From: an uncultured Thermus sp.
Lineage (GTDB): Bacteria > Deinococcota > Deinococci > Deinococcales > Thermaceae
Assembly: GCA_947085095.1 (NCBI GenBank)
Contig: CAMTVD010000009.1
Location: 32,199-96,198, forward strand
DNA length: 64,000 nt
Direction: 5' to 3'
The translations under genes were made by a program, and so were the position numbers. The notes under the pieces are model-generated. The model was not told the DNA's origin and ran no database searches. It saw nothing but the letters and a program-made list of their open reading frames with translations. This document shows positions 11,163 through 20,959 of this stretch, piece after piece (positions within the stretch are counted from its first letter, which is position 1; the number at the start of each line of letters is the position of its first letter).

Positions 11163-11549
11163 TCACCTCCCGCTTTCTAGGGTATCTTTGCGCAACAGAT
11201 CTGACAAGACCGCTGACACCTCTCCCTCGGCGGGGAACGCCCTCAGGCCCATGGCCTCGAGGTGGGGCCTTAGGCTCAGGCCCACCCCCCTGAGGAGGAC
11301 CAGGGGCTCCCCCAGGTTCAGCATGACCACGAAGGCGGCCACGTACTCCGCCATCTCCTCCGGGGCCATGGGGGGGCCTCCCGTGCGGCCAAAGCCGGGA
11401 AGGTCCAGAAGGTAGAAGGTGTACCCCTCGGGAAGCCCTTCCCGCCAAAGGGAGGCCTCCTCGGCCAGGAGGAGGATGGGAGGGCCCTGCCCCACCCGCT
11501 GGAAGACCAGGTTCAGGCCGTAAAGGTGGATGAAGCCCCACCGCCTCAT
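11163..11549 (-). CDS. Truncated/degenerate alpha/beta-hydrolase-fold protein
   Basis: GQGPPILLL and LDLPGFGRT motifs; no GxSxG. Confidence 0.7.
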   Translation of the reverse strand: MRRWGFIHLYGLNLVFQRVGQGPPILLLAEEASLWREGLPEGYTFYLLDLPGFGRTGGPPMAPEEMAEYVAAFVVMLNLGEPLVLLRGVGLSLRPHLEAMGLRAFPAEGEVSAVLSDLLRKDTLESGR

Positions 11550-12178
11550 AGGGCAAGCCCTCCGGGGAGAGGCCTAAACCCCTCCCCCAGAAGGAAGTCC
11601 GCCACCAGGTCCCGCACCTCCAGCGGGGCCTCCCAGGGGACCAGGTGCCCCGCCCCCTCGAGGGCGAAGCGGAGGGCTTCCCCCTTGGCGAAGTCCGCCA
11701 CCTCCTTCCCGTAAAGGGGCGGGGTGAAAGCGTCCAGGGCCCCCTGCACCACCAGGACCCGGGCCTCCGTGCCCCTGAGCCAGCGCCGCTCGTCGGAAAG
11801 CCCCTCCAGAAGGCCCAGCCACGTCCGAAGGCTCTCCTCGGTAAGCCCCTCCTTCCAGGCGGCGAAAACCTCCTCGTCCCCCACGCTTAGGGGTCCGAAG
11901 AAGAGGGCCCGCCCCACCCGGGCGAACCCCTCCACCCCGCCCCGCTCCAGGCCAAAGCGGAGGGCGGAAAGCTTGGCGGCGAGGAGGGCGTCCTTGCGCA
12001 GGACGGGGGAAAGGAGGATGAGGCTTCTCGCCCCCTCCCGGAACCCGATCCTAAGGGCCTCCAGGGCCCCTTCCCCGAAGGCAATGAGGTGCAGCCCCTC
12101 CTCGGCGGGAAGGCCTTCAAAGAAGCCAAGCCCGGCAGGGGGAGCCAGCAGGCCCGGAAAGACGCGCACCTCGCCCAC
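11546..12178 (-). CDS. Alpha/beta-hydrolase-fold protein (degenerate nucleophile elbow)
   Basis: LVVQGALDAFTP and EGAGHLVPWE motifs; GTG start at 12178 inferred. Confidence 0.7.
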   Translation of the reverse strand: MGEVRVFPGLLAPPAGLGFFEGLPAEEGLHLIAFGEGALEALRIGFREGARSLILLSPVLRKDALLAAKLSALRFGLERGGVEGFARVGRALFFGPLSVGDEEVFAAWKEGLTEESLRTWLGLLEGLSDERRWLRGTEARVLVVQGALDAFTPPLYGKEVADFAKGEALRFALEGAGHLVPWEAPLEVRDLVADFLLGEGFRPLPGGLAL

Positions 12179-12199
12179 ACCCCCTTTATACTCCAGGAC

Positions 12200-12604
12200 A
12201 TGGACGCCAAGGCGATCCTGGAGCGGGACACCCTGGACAAGACCCTGGGGGTGCGCTACCTGAAGGTGGAAAAGGAGGAAGTGGTGGCGGAGCTTACGGT
12301 CTCCCCCAGGGTCCACCAGCCCTTTGGCTTCCTCCACGGCGGGGCCACGGTGGCCCTGGCGGAGAGCGTGGCCAGCGTGGGGGGATTTCTGAACTGTCCC
12401 CCGGGGCACGCCGCCTTTGGCCTGGAGATCAACTGCAACCACATCAAGAGGAAGCAGGCGGGCACCATCCGGGCCGTGGGCAGGCCCTTGCATGTGGGCC
12501 GCACCACCCAGGTCTGGGAGGTGAAGGTCTACGACGAGGAGGGGAAGCTCCTGGCGGCGAGCCGCTGCACCCTGGCCGTGGTTCCCCTAGAACCAGGAAA
12601 GTAG
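12200..12604 (+). CDS. PaaI/hotdog-fold thioesterase
   Basis: HQPFGFLHGGATVALAES, GLEINCNH, GRTTQVW. Confidence 0.92.
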   Translation: MDAKAILERDTLDKTLGVRYLKVEKEEVVAELTVSPRVHQPFGFLHGGATVALAESVASVGGFLNCPPGHAAFGLEINCNHIKRKQAGTIRAVGRPLHVGRTTQVWEVKVYDEEGKLLAASRCTLAVVPLEPGK

Positions 12605-13549
12605 CCAGGAAACCCAGTTCCTCCCCAAAAAGCCCTCGTCCCCCAGGGCCCAGAGGTCCCGGTGGCGGTCCAGGCCTTGGGGGAGGGCCTCGAGGCCAAA
12701 CCCCCCGTCCCAGTCCGTGCCCAGGCCCACCCCCTTGGGGCCCAGGATGGCCTCGGCGTGGGCCTTGTGCCTTAGGAAGGCGGCGAGGGGGAGCCTCTCC
12801 ATCCCCCGCTTCCAGGCGGGGTCCAGAAAGGCGTTGAAGGGGACCAGGCCCAAGACCCCGCCTCTTTGGGCCAGGGCCAAAAGGGCCTCGTCGGAAAGGT
12901 GGCGGGGCGTGGGGGTGAGGGCCCGGGCGTTGGCGTGGGTGGCGCAGACAGGCCCCCCGTAGGCCTCGAGGGCGGGAAAGAGGGCCTCCTCGGCCAGGTG
13001 GGAGAGGTCCAGGGCCACGCCCAAGGCCTCCATCTCCCCAAGGAGGGCCCGCCCCTCCTCCCTGAGGGGGCCCGGCTCCGCGTTCCCCCCGGCGTAGGCG
13101 TTCCCCGTGGCCCAGGTGAGGGAGAGGAGCCTCAGGCCCCTTTCCCGCAAAGGGCGGAGGTCCTCGGGGGACCGCAAGGGGTGGGCCCCCTCCAGGAGGA
13201 GGACCAGGCCGGGGACCCCGTCCTCGGGAAAGCGCTCCAGGTGGCGGAGGAGGTCCTCCCGCTCCCTGAGAATCCGCACCAGGCCCCTCCTTTCCCAGGC
13301 CTCGTAGAGGGCGAGCTGGGCGTGAAGGGCCTCCTCCCAGGCCTCTAGATGCCCCTCCCGGGGGTCTATGAAGAGGGTGGCGAAGGCGATGCCCACCCGG
13401 GCCTCCCCAAGGGAGGGGAGGGTCACCAGGGGGGTGTCGGGGTGGGGGTCGTGCTGGCGGAGGACCTCGAGGGGGAGGGTCAGGTCCCGCCCCAGGACCA
13501 GGGCGTTGTAGGCCAGGTCCAGGTGGGCGTCCACCAGGAAGGCGGGCAT
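12587..13549 (-). CDS. Membrane dipeptidase (peptidase M19)
   Basis: DAHLD, LEGA, DLSHL, ATHAN, GLGTDWDG. Confidence 0.9.
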   Translation of the reverse strand: MPAFLVDAHLDLAYNALVLGRDLTLPLEVLRQHDPHPDTPLVTLPSLGEARVGIAFATLFIDPREGHLEAWEEALHAQLALYEAWERRGLVRILREREDLLRHLERFPEDGVPGLVLLLEGAHPLRSPEDLRPLRERGLRLLSLTWATGNAYAGGNAEPGPLREEGRALLGEMEALGVALDLSHLAEEALFPALEAYGGPVCATHANARALTPTPRHLSDEALLALAQRGGVLGLVPFNAFLDPAWKRGMERLPLAAFLRHKAHAEAILGPKGVGLGTDWDGGFGLEALPQGLDRHRDLWALGDEGFLGRNWVSWLLSWF

Positions 13550-13572
13550 GGGAGGAGTCTACAATGGGAGGC

Positions 13573-15351
13573 GTGCGGCCCGAGGACCTTCCCCCCCTCC
13601 CCGAGGCCCCCGGGGTCTACCTGTGGAAGCGGGGGGAGGAGGTGCTCTACGTGGGCAAGGCCAAGAGCCTCAGAGCCCGGGTGCGGAGCTACTTCCACGG
13701 GGAGGGAAAGGCCCTGAGGATCGCCGAGGAGGCCACGGGGCTTGACTTCATCGCCACCCGGGACGAGGTGGAGGCCCTGCTTTTGGAGGCCAACCTCATC
13801 AAGGCCCACCACCCCCCCTACAACGTCCTCCTCAAGGACGACAAGCACTACCCCTTCCTCAAGCTCACCAACGAGCCCTTCCCCACCCTTTTGGTGGTGC
13901 GGCGGGTGGAGGAGGACGGGGCCAAGTACTTTGGGCCCTTTCCTGAGGCCGGGGCCTTGAGGCGCATCAAGACCCTCGTGGACCGCCTCTTTCCCTTGCG
14001 CAAGAACTCGGGCTACCCCATGAAAAGGCGGCGCTTCCCCTGCCTCAACCACAGCATGGGGCGGTGCCTGGCCCCTTGCGTGGGCCTGGCGGACCCCAAG
14101 GCCTACGGGGAGGTGGTGCGGCAGGTGGAAGCGGTCCTGGAGGGCCGGGTGGACGGGCTTCTTTCGGAGCTAGAGGCCAAGATGCGGGAGGCCGCCAAGA
14201 AGCTTGAGTTTGAGCGGGCGGCGGAGATCCGCGACCAGATGGAGGCCCTGAAGGCCTTCTTCTCCACGGCCCAGCAGGCCTTTGACCCAGAGCTTGGCGA
14301 TTTGGACTTCCTGGGGATGGCCCGGGCCGGGGCCCTCGCCGTGGTCCAGCTCTACCAGGTGCGCTCCGGGCGCATCCTGGGCCGGATCAGCCGGGCGGTG
14401 GAGAAGGAGGAGGCTTCAGACGAGGAGGTCCTCTGGGCCTTCCTAAGGGACCACTACCTGGAGGCCTCCCCCCTTCCCCCCCTGGTCCTCCTCCCCTTCC
14501 CCCTGGAGGACCTGGAGGGCCTGGCGGAGCTCTTGAGGCGCCGGGCGGGAAGGCGGGTGGAACTCAGGGTCCCCAAGCGGGGGGAAAAGCACCGGCTTTT
14601 GGAGCTGGCGGAGAAGAACGCCAGGCTGGCCCTGGAAAGCGAGCTCAAGCTTCTGGAAAGGCGGGGGGACCACCCGGGGCTCAAGGCCCTGCAGGAGCTT
14701 CTGGGGCTTTCCCAAAGACCTTTCCGCATAGAGGGCTACGACGTGAGCCACCTCCAGGGCCAGGCCCGGGTCTTTTCCATGGCGGTCATGGAGGGGGGAA
14801 GGCCCAAGAAGGCGGAGTACCGCAGGATGCGGCTTAAAGCGGGCAACGACGACTACGCCGCCATGGAGGAGGGGATCTTCCGCCGCTTCACGGGAAGCCT
14901 CAAGGAGATGCCCCTCCCCGACCTCCTCCTCATTGACGGGGGCCTGGGCCAGGTGCGGGCGGCCTTAAAGGCCCTGGAGCGGGCGGGCCTCAGCCTGCCC
15001 CTGGTGGGCCTGGCCAAGAAGGAGGAGGTCCTCACCACCCCGGAAGGGCGGGAGATCCGCCTCCCCCTCACCCACCCCGCCCTGAGGCTCCTCATCCACC
15101 TCCGGGACGAGGCCCACCGGAACGGCCTCCGCTACCACCAAAAGAAGCGGGAAGAGGGAGCCCTTCGGGTCCTGGAGGGGATTCCCGGGATCGGGGAAGG
15201 GCGGAAGAGGCTCCTTCTGGAGCGCTACGGGGGGCTCAAAGCCCTCGAGGAGGCCCCCCTGGAGGAGCTGGCCCGGCTTCCCGGGATGAACCTAAGGGCG
15301 GCCCGGGCCCTCAAAGAGGCCCTCCAGAAAGGCGCGCCTGAACCGGGGTGA
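13573..15351 (+). CDS. uvrC: Excinuclease ABC subunit C
   Basis: GIY-YIG (PGVY..YVGKAKSLR), UVR domain, DGGLGQ, HhH; GTG 13573 chosen because TACAAT -10 lies 7 nt upstream. Confidence 0.95.
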   Translation: MRPEDLPPLPEAPGVYLWKRGEEVLYVGKAKSLRARVRSYFHGEGKALRIAEEATGLDFIATRDEVEALLLEANLIKAHHPPYNVLLKDDKHYPFLKLTNEPFPTLLVVRRVEEDGAKYFGPFPEAGALRRIKTLVDRLFPLRKNSGYPMKRRRFPCLNHSMGRCLAPCVGLADPKAYGEVVRQVEAVLEGRVDGLLSELEAKMREAAKKLEFERAAEIRDQMEALKAFFSTAQQAFDPELGDLDFLGMARAGALAVVQLYQVRSGRILGRISRAVEKEEASDEEVLWAFLRDHYLEASPLPPLVLLPFPLEDLEGLAELLRRRAGRRVELRVPKRGEKHRLLELAEKNARLALESELKLLERRGDHPGLKALQELLGLSQRPFRIEGYDVSHLQGQARVFSMAVMEGGRPKKAEYRRMRLKAGNDDYAAMEEGIFRRFTGSLKEMPLPDLLLIDGGLGQVRAALKALERAGLSLPLVGLAKKEEVLTTPEGREIRLPLTHPALRLLIHLRDEAHRNGLRYHQKKREEGALRVLEGIPGIGEGRKRLLLERYGGLKALEEAPLEELARLPGMNLRAARALKEALQKGAPEPG

Positions 15352-15449
15352 GCTGGTTGCCCTGGCTTTGATGGAAGACCGGGCCACGCCCCCGTCCACT
15401 GCGGGGGCTACCACCAAAACCCTTCAAGGCCTTGTATGATGGCCCCCTG

Positions 15450-17228
15450 ATGGTGCGCCGCGCCCTGGAAGAGGCCATTCACACCGCCCTCAAGGAGATG
15501 GGCCTGGACCTCCGGCTCAAGGTGGCCAAGGCCCCCAAGGACAAGCCCGGGGACTACGGGGTCCCCCTCTTCGCCCTGGCCAAGGAGCTGAGGAGACCCC
15601 CCCAGGCCATCGCCGAGGAGCTCAAGGCCCGCCTTGAGCTTCCCCCCTTCGTGGAGGAGGCCATTCCCGTGGGAGGATATTTGAACTTCCGCCTCCGCAC
15701 GGAGGACCTCCTCAAAGAAGCCCTGCGCACCAAAGGGCCCTTTCCCAAGCGGGAAGGCCTGGTCCTCATTGAGCACACCTCGGTGAACCCCAACAAGGAG
15801 CTCCACGTGGGCCACCTCAGGAACATCGTCTTAGGGGACAGCCTGGCCCGCATCCTGGCCTACGCGGGGCGCGAGGTCCTGGTCCTCAACTACATTGACG
15901 ACACCGGCCGCCAGGCGGCGGAGACCCTCTTCGCCCTGAGGCACTACGGCCTCACCTGGAACGGGGAGGAGAAGTACGACCACTTCGCCGGCAGGGCCTA
16001 CGTGCGCCTCCACCAGGACCCGGACTACGAGCGGCTGGCCCCGAGGATTGAGGAGGTCCTCCACGCCCTAGAGCGGGGGGAGCTGAGGGAGGAGGTCAAC
16101 CAAATCCTCCTGGCCCAGCTCGCCACCATGCACGCCCTCGCCGCCCACTATGACCTTTTGGTCTGGGAGTCGGACATCGTGCGGGCGGGGCTCTTGCACA
16201 AGGCCTTGGCCATCCTGGAGCGAAGCCCCCACGTCTTCCGCCCCACGGAGGGGAAGTACGCCGGGGCCCTGGTGATGGACGCTAGCCCCTTCATCCCGGG
16301 CCTCGAGGACCCCCTCTTCGTCCTGGTGCGCTCCGGAGGGGCCGCCACCTACTACGCCAAGGACATCGCCTTCCAGTTCTGGAAGATGGGGCTCCTGGAG
16401 GGCCTGACCTTCCGCCCCTACGAAAACCCCTACTACCCCTCCCTAAGGACCAGCGCCCCCGAGGGGGAGCCCTATACCCCCAGGGCCAAGGAAACCGTGA
16501 ACGTGATTGACGTGCGCCAAAGCCACCCCCAGGTCCTGGTGCGGGCCGCCTTAGCCCTGGCGGGCCGCCCGGACCTGGCCGAGAGTGCCTTCCACCTGGC
16601 CTACGAGACCGTCCTCCTGGAGGGAAAGCAGATGTCGGGGCGCAAGGGCCTCTCGGTGAGCGTGGACGAGGTCTTGGAAGAGGCCAGGAGGCGGGCCCTA
16701 GGGGTCATAGAGGAGAAGAACCCCAACCACCCCGACAAGGAGGAAGCGGCCCGCATGGTGGCCCTGGGGGCCATCCGCTTCGCCATGAGCAAGACCGAGC
16801 CCAAAAAGCAGATTGACTTCCGCTACGAGGAGGCTCTCTCCTTTGAGGGGGACACGGGGCCCTACGTGCAGTACGCCCACGCCCGGGCCCACGCCATTCT
16901 GCGCAAGGCGGGGACCTGGGGCCTCCCGGACTTCGCCCAGGCCACCCCCTACGAGAGGGAACTGGCCTTGGCTCTTCTGGACTTTGAGGAAGCCGTCCTG
17001 GAAAGCGCGGAGGAAAAGACCCCCCACGTCCTGGCCCAGTACCTCCTGAACCTTTCCGCAGCGTGGAACGCCTACTACAACGCCAAGGAGGAGGGCCGCC
17101 CCGCCACCCCCGTCCTCACCGCTCAGGGGGGCCTAAGGGAGCTCCGCCTGGAACTGGTCCGAAGCCTCCAGGAGACCCTGAGGACCGGCCTTGGCCTTCT
17201 GGGCATTCCCGCCCCTGAGGTAATGTAA
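15450..17228 (+). CDS. argS: Arginine--tRNA ligase
   Basis: EHTSVNPNKELHVGHLRN, MSGRKG, GPYVQYAHAR. Confidence 0.95.
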   Translation: MVRRALEEAIHTALKEMGLDLRLKVAKAPKDKPGDYGVPLFALAKELRRPPQAIAEELKARLELPPFVEEAIPVGGYLNFRLRTEDLLKEALRTKGPFPKREGLVLIEHTSVNPNKELHVGHLRNIVLGDSLARILAYAGREVLVLNYIDDTGRQAAETLFALRHYGLTWNGEEKYDHFAGRAYVRLHQDPDYERLAPRIEEVLHALERGELREEVNQILLAQLATMHALAAHYDLLVWESDIVRAGLLHKALAILERSPHVFRPTEGKYAGALVMDASPFIPGLEDPLFVLVRSGGAATYYAKDIAFQFWKMGLLEGLTFRPYENPYYPSLRTSAPEGEPYTPRAKETVNVIDVRQSHPQVLVRAALALAGRPDLAESAFHLAYETVLLEGKQMSGRKGLSVSVDEVLEEARRRALGVIEEKNPNHPDKEEAARMVALGAIRFAMSKTEPKKQIDFRYEEALSFEGDTGPYVQYAHARAHAILRKAGTWGLPDFAQATPYERELALALLDFEEAVLESAEEKTPHVLAQYLLNLSAAWNAYYNAKEEGRPATPVLTAQGGLRELRLELVRSLQETLRTGLGLLGIPAPEVM

Positions 17229-17232
17229 GGGC

Positions 17233-18282
17233 ATGGGCCGTCCCCTTTTTCTTGGCCTCCTCCTTCTCCTGGCCCTGGCCCTGGGCCAGCGCCTCACCTC
17301 CCCCGAGGAGGTGGCGCGGAGCCAGGTCATCAAAAAAGCCCTCCCCGCCGTGGTGCGCATCCAGGGCACCGCCCCCGCCAGCGAAGGGGGATCCGTGGGC
17401 ACAGGCTTCTTCGTGAGCCCCTTGCGGGTGGTGACCAACTACCACGTGGTCCAGGACCTCGCCGACCTCACCGTGCGCCTTTCTGATGGCCGCACCTTCC
17501 CCGCGGAGCGCTTCGCCGTGGACCCGGGGATTGACCTGGCCCTCCTCACGGTGAAGGGGGTGCAGGCCCCGGGGGTCTTGAGCTTCAGCCGGGTCCCCAC
17601 GCAAAACCTCCCCCTGGGCATGGGGGTGGTCCTGGTGGGCTTTCCCTACGGCCAGGGTCCCCTGGCCTCCTACGGCATCCTGGCAGGCATCGGACCGCTT
17701 GAGGTCCCCACTCCCGACCCCAGCATCGGGGCCGAGGTGGGGGAGTACCTCTTCACCGACGCCCCCCTCACCGTGGGCAACTCGGGTAGCCCCCTCATGA
17801 ACCTCCAAGGAGAGGTGATCGGGGTGGTGGCGGACGTGGTGGGGGGGCCCTCGGGGGTGGGGGGGATCGGGGTGGCCATCCCGGCGGAGCTGGCGGCCCA
17901 GAGCGTGGAGGACCTGGAACGCTTCGGCATCCCCCAACGGGGGTGGCTGGGGGCGAGCCTGGTTTCCCTGGAGGAGCTTCCCCCCGTCCTCCTCCGGGCC
18001 CTGGGCCTCACCACCACCCAAGGGGCCATGGTGGACCGGGTGGAGCCGGGTAGCCCCGCCGCCCGGGCGGGCCTGAGGGGGGCGCAGCGGGACCCCCAGG
18101 GCCGCCTGGTCACCCTAGGGGACGTGATCCTGGCGGTAAACGGCAAGCCGGTGAAGGACAAGGCCGAGGTGGTGCGGCAGATCGCCCGCTTCCGCCCCGG
18201 GGACCGGGTGCGCCTCACCCTCTGGCGGGAGGGGCGGAGGCTGGAGGCCACCCTGGTCATGATGGCCCGTCCCCGGAGGTGA
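17233..18282 (+). CDS. HtrA/DegP-family serine protease with PDZ domain
   Basis: GTGF, TNYHVV, DLALL, GNSGSPL, C-terminal PDZ. Confidence 0.92.
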   Translation: MGRPLFLGLLLLLALALGQRLTSPEEVARSQVIKKALPAVVRIQGTAPASEGGSVGTGFFVSPLRVVTNYHVVQDLADLTVRLSDGRTFPAERFAVDPGIDLALLTVKGVQAPGVLSFSRVPTQNLPLGMGVVLVGFPYGQGPLASYGILAGIGPLEVPTPDPSIGAEVGEYLFTDAPLTVGNSGSPLMNLQGEVIGVVADVVGGPSGVGGIGVAIPAELAAQSVEDLERFGIPQRGWLGASLVSLEELPPVLLRALGLTTTQGAMVDRVEPGSPAARAGLRGAQRDPQGRLVTLGDVILAVNGKPVKDKAEVVRQIARFRPGDRVRLTLWREGRRLEATLVMMARPRR

Positions 18283-18285
18283 GGG

Positions 18286-18891
18286 GTGTACATCGCCGTG
18301 GAGGGACCCATTGGGGTGGGCAAGACCACCCTGGCCTGCCTCCTGGCGGAGGCCTTGGGGGCTGAGCCCCTTTTGGAAGTGGTGGAGGAAAACCCCTTCC
18401 TCCCCCTCTTCTACCAGGACCGGGGGCGCTACGCCTTCAAGGCCCAGGTCTTCTTCCTCCTCTCCCGCTTCCGCCAGCTCGCCCGTCTGCGGGAGAGGCC
18501 CCTCTTCGGGGGGGTGGTGGCGGACTACCTCCTGGACAAGGACCCCATTTTCGCCAGCCTGAACCTCGAGGGCCCCGAGTGGGACCTCTACCTGGAGCTT
18601 TACCGGGAGCTGGCCCCCAAGGTCCCGCCCCCCGACCTCACCCTCTACCTCCGGGCCCCGGTCCCCGTCCTCTTGGAGCGCATAAGGAAGCGGGGGCGGC
18701 CCTTTGAGGCGGGCATGGACCCCGCCTACCTGGAAGCCCTCTCGGAGGCCTACGAGCGCCACTTCGCCCGCTACCCCCATCCCCTTTTGCTCCTGGAGGC
18801 CCAGGAGCTGGACTTTAGCCCAGGGGGCCCCCACCGGGAGGAGGTGGTGGCCCTGGTGCGGGCCCACCTGGCCAAGGAGGGGAGGCCCTGA
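18286..18891 (+). CDS. Deoxynucleoside kinase
   Basis: EGPIGVGKTT P-loop, ENPFL, RIRKRGRPFE. Confidence 0.9.
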   Translation: MYIAVEGPIGVGKTTLACLLAEALGAEPLLEVVEENPFLPLFYQDRGRYAFKAQVFFLLSRFRQLARLRERPLFGGVVADYLLDKDPIFASLNLEGPEWDLYLELYRELAPKVPPPDLTLYLRAPVPVLLERIRKRGRPFEAGMDPAYLEALSEAYERHFARYPHPLLLLEAQELDFSPGGPHREEVVALVRAHLAKEGRP

Positions 18892-19499
18892 TGTACATCG
18901 CCATCGCCGGCAACATCGGCAGCGGCAAAAGCACCCTCACCGCCCTGCTGGCGGAGACCTTTGGGCTAAAACCGGTTTATGAAGCGGTGAGCGAGAACCC
19001 CTACCTGGAGGACTTTTACCGGGACATGGGGGCCTACGCCTTCCACTCCCAGGTCTTCTTCCTGGCGAGAAGGGTGCGCCAGCACCTCCTGGAGGTGAAC
19101 GGCAAGGAGGGGGTGGTCCAGGACCGCACCGTCTACGAGGATGCCTTCGTCTTCGCCCAAAACCTCTACCAGCAAGGCCACCTCTCCCAGCGGGACTGGC
19201 GGACTTATATGGATCTCTTCCATAGCGTCTCCCCCGCCCTCCGAAAGCCCGATCTCCTCATCTACCTCAGGGCGAGCCTGCCCACCCTAAGGGCCCGAAT
19301 CCAAAAAAGGGGCCGTCCCTTTGAAAGGGACCTCCCCGACCGCTATCTCCTGTCCCTAAACACCCTCTACGAAGAGCTGATCGCCTCCTGGAACCTATCC
19401 CCGGTAGAGGTGGTGGAGGCCGACCGGGTAGACTTCGTGGAGCGGGAGGAGGACCGGATGGCCCTCTTAGAGGCCCTGAGCCGGAGGATTGGTCCATGA
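18891..19499 (+). CDS. Deoxynucleoside kinase (second paralog)
   Basis: AGNIGSGKST, QDRTVYED, RIQKRGRPFE. Confidence 0.9.
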   Translation: MYIAIAGNIGSGKSTLTALLAETFGLKPVYEAVSENPYLEDFYRDMGAYAFHSQVFFLARRVRQHLLEVNGKEGVVQDRTVYEDAFVFAQNLYQQGHLSQRDWRTYMDLFHSVSPALRKPDLLIYLRASLPTLRARIQKRGRPFERDLPDRYLLSLNTLYEELIASWNLSPVEVVEADRVDFVEREEDRMALLEALSRRIGP

Positions 19500-20959
19500 C
19501 CCTCAAGGAGCTCTTCGCCCCCTTTGGGAAGGAGGCCCCGCCCCTTCCCGTGCGGGGCCTCACCCAGGACTCGAGGCGGGTGGAGCCGGGCTTCGTCTTC
19601 GTGGCCATCCCCGGTGTCCCCCTCCCCCACCGCAAGCCCCTGGACGGGCACGACTTCGTCCTCGAGGCCCTCAGGCGGGGGGCCATCGCCGTGGTGGGGG
19701 AACGGGACCTCGCCCTTCCCGTCCCCTACCTGAGGGTGGAGGATAGCCGCCAGGCCCTCGCCCTCCTCGCCCGGCGCTTCCACGGGGAGCCCGACAGGGC
19801 CCTCACCCTCTTCGGGGTCACGGGCTCCAAGGGGAAGAGCACCACCAGCTTCCTCCTCCACCACCTCCTGGGGGAGGCGGCCCTCCTCTCCACCGTGGGC
19901 CTCCGCCTGGGGAAGGAGAAAAGGGCCCCCATCGGCCACTTCACCACCCCCGAGGCCCCCGAGGTCTACGCCTTTCTAAGGGAGGCCACGGAGCTAGGCC
20001 TGAAGGCGGCGGTGCTGGAGGTCTCCAGCCACGCCCTGGCCCTGAAGCGGGTGGAGGGGCTCACCTTCCAGGTGGGGGTGTTTGTGAGCTTCTACCCCGA
20101 CGACCACCTGGACCTCCACGGCACCCCCGAGGCCTACTTCAGCGCCAAGGCCCTCTTAGTGGAGCGGTCGGAACTCGCGGTCCTAAGCACCCAGCTTCCC
20201 CACCTGGACCGCCTCCGCAAGAGGCCCCACCTCCTCTTCGGCCCCGGGGGGGAGGTCTGGGCGGAAGGGGTGCGGGAGGAAGCGGGTGGCCTTCGCTTCA
20301 CCCTCCACACCCCCTGGGGAAAGGGAGAAGCCTTCTTGCCCATGCTGGGGGCCTACAACGTGAAAAACGCCCTGGCCGCCTCCGCCGCCGCCCTGGCCCA
20401 TGGGGTGCCCCTGGAAAGGGCCCTGGAAAGGCTAGCGGGCTTCCCGGGGGTTCCGGGGCGGATGGAGGTCATCCAGGCAAAGCCCTTCCGGGTGGTCATA
20501 GACTTCGCCCACACCGGGAAGAGCCTCGAGGCCGCCCTAGAAACCCTGAGGCCCACCACCCAAGGGCGGCTCCTCCTGGTGGTGGGGGCCGCGGGGGAAA
20601 GGGACCCAAGGAGAAGGGAGGACATCGGCCGGGTGGCGGCCCGCCTGGCCGACAAGACCTTCTTCACCGAGGAGGACCACCGCACCGAGGACCTCGGGGC
20701 CATCCTGGAGGCCATGGCCCGGGCGGCCGAGGAGGAGGGAGGGCTTTTTGAGCTGGTCCCCAACCGGGAGGAGGCCATCCTGCGGGCCATCCTGGAGGCC
20801 GAGGAGGGGGACACGGTGCTCCTGGCGGGCAAGGGGCACGAAACCACCCTGGAAAGGGGAAGGGAGGCCCTCCCCTGGAACGAAAGGGAGGTGGCCTTAA
20901 AGGCCCTGAAGCTCAGGGCGCAGGCTGAAAGCTCCTCGCCCCGGGAAGGGGAGGCCTGA
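19496..20959 (+). CDS. murE: UDP-N-acetylmuramoyl-dipeptide--amino acid ligase MurE
   Basis: DSRRV, GVTGSKGKST, TTPE, LEVSSH, DHLDLH, VPGRME, DFAHT, AGKGHE. Confidence 0.9.
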   Translation: MTLKELFAPFGKEAPPLPVRGLTQDSRRVEPGFVFVAIPGVPLPHRKPLDGHDFVLEALRRGAIAVVGERDLALPVPYLRVEDSRQALALLARRFHGEPDRALTLFGVTGSKGKSTTSFLLHHLLGEAALLSTVGLRLGKEKRAPIGHFTTPEAPEVYAFLREATELGLKAAVLEVSSHALALKRVEGLTFQVGVFVSFYPDDHLDLHGTPEAYFSAKALLVERSELAVLSTQLPHLDRLRKRPHLLFGPGGEVWAEGVREEAGGLRFTLHTPWGKGEAFLPMLGAYNVKNALAASAAALAHGVPLERALERLAGFPGVPGRMEVIQAKPFRVVIDFAHTGKSLEAALETLRPTTQGRLLLVVGAAGERDPRRREDIGRVAARLADKTFFTEEDHRTEDLGAILEAMARAAEEEGGLFELVPNREEAILRAILEAEEGDTVLLAGKGHETTLERGREALPWNEREVALKALKLRAQAESSSPREGEA

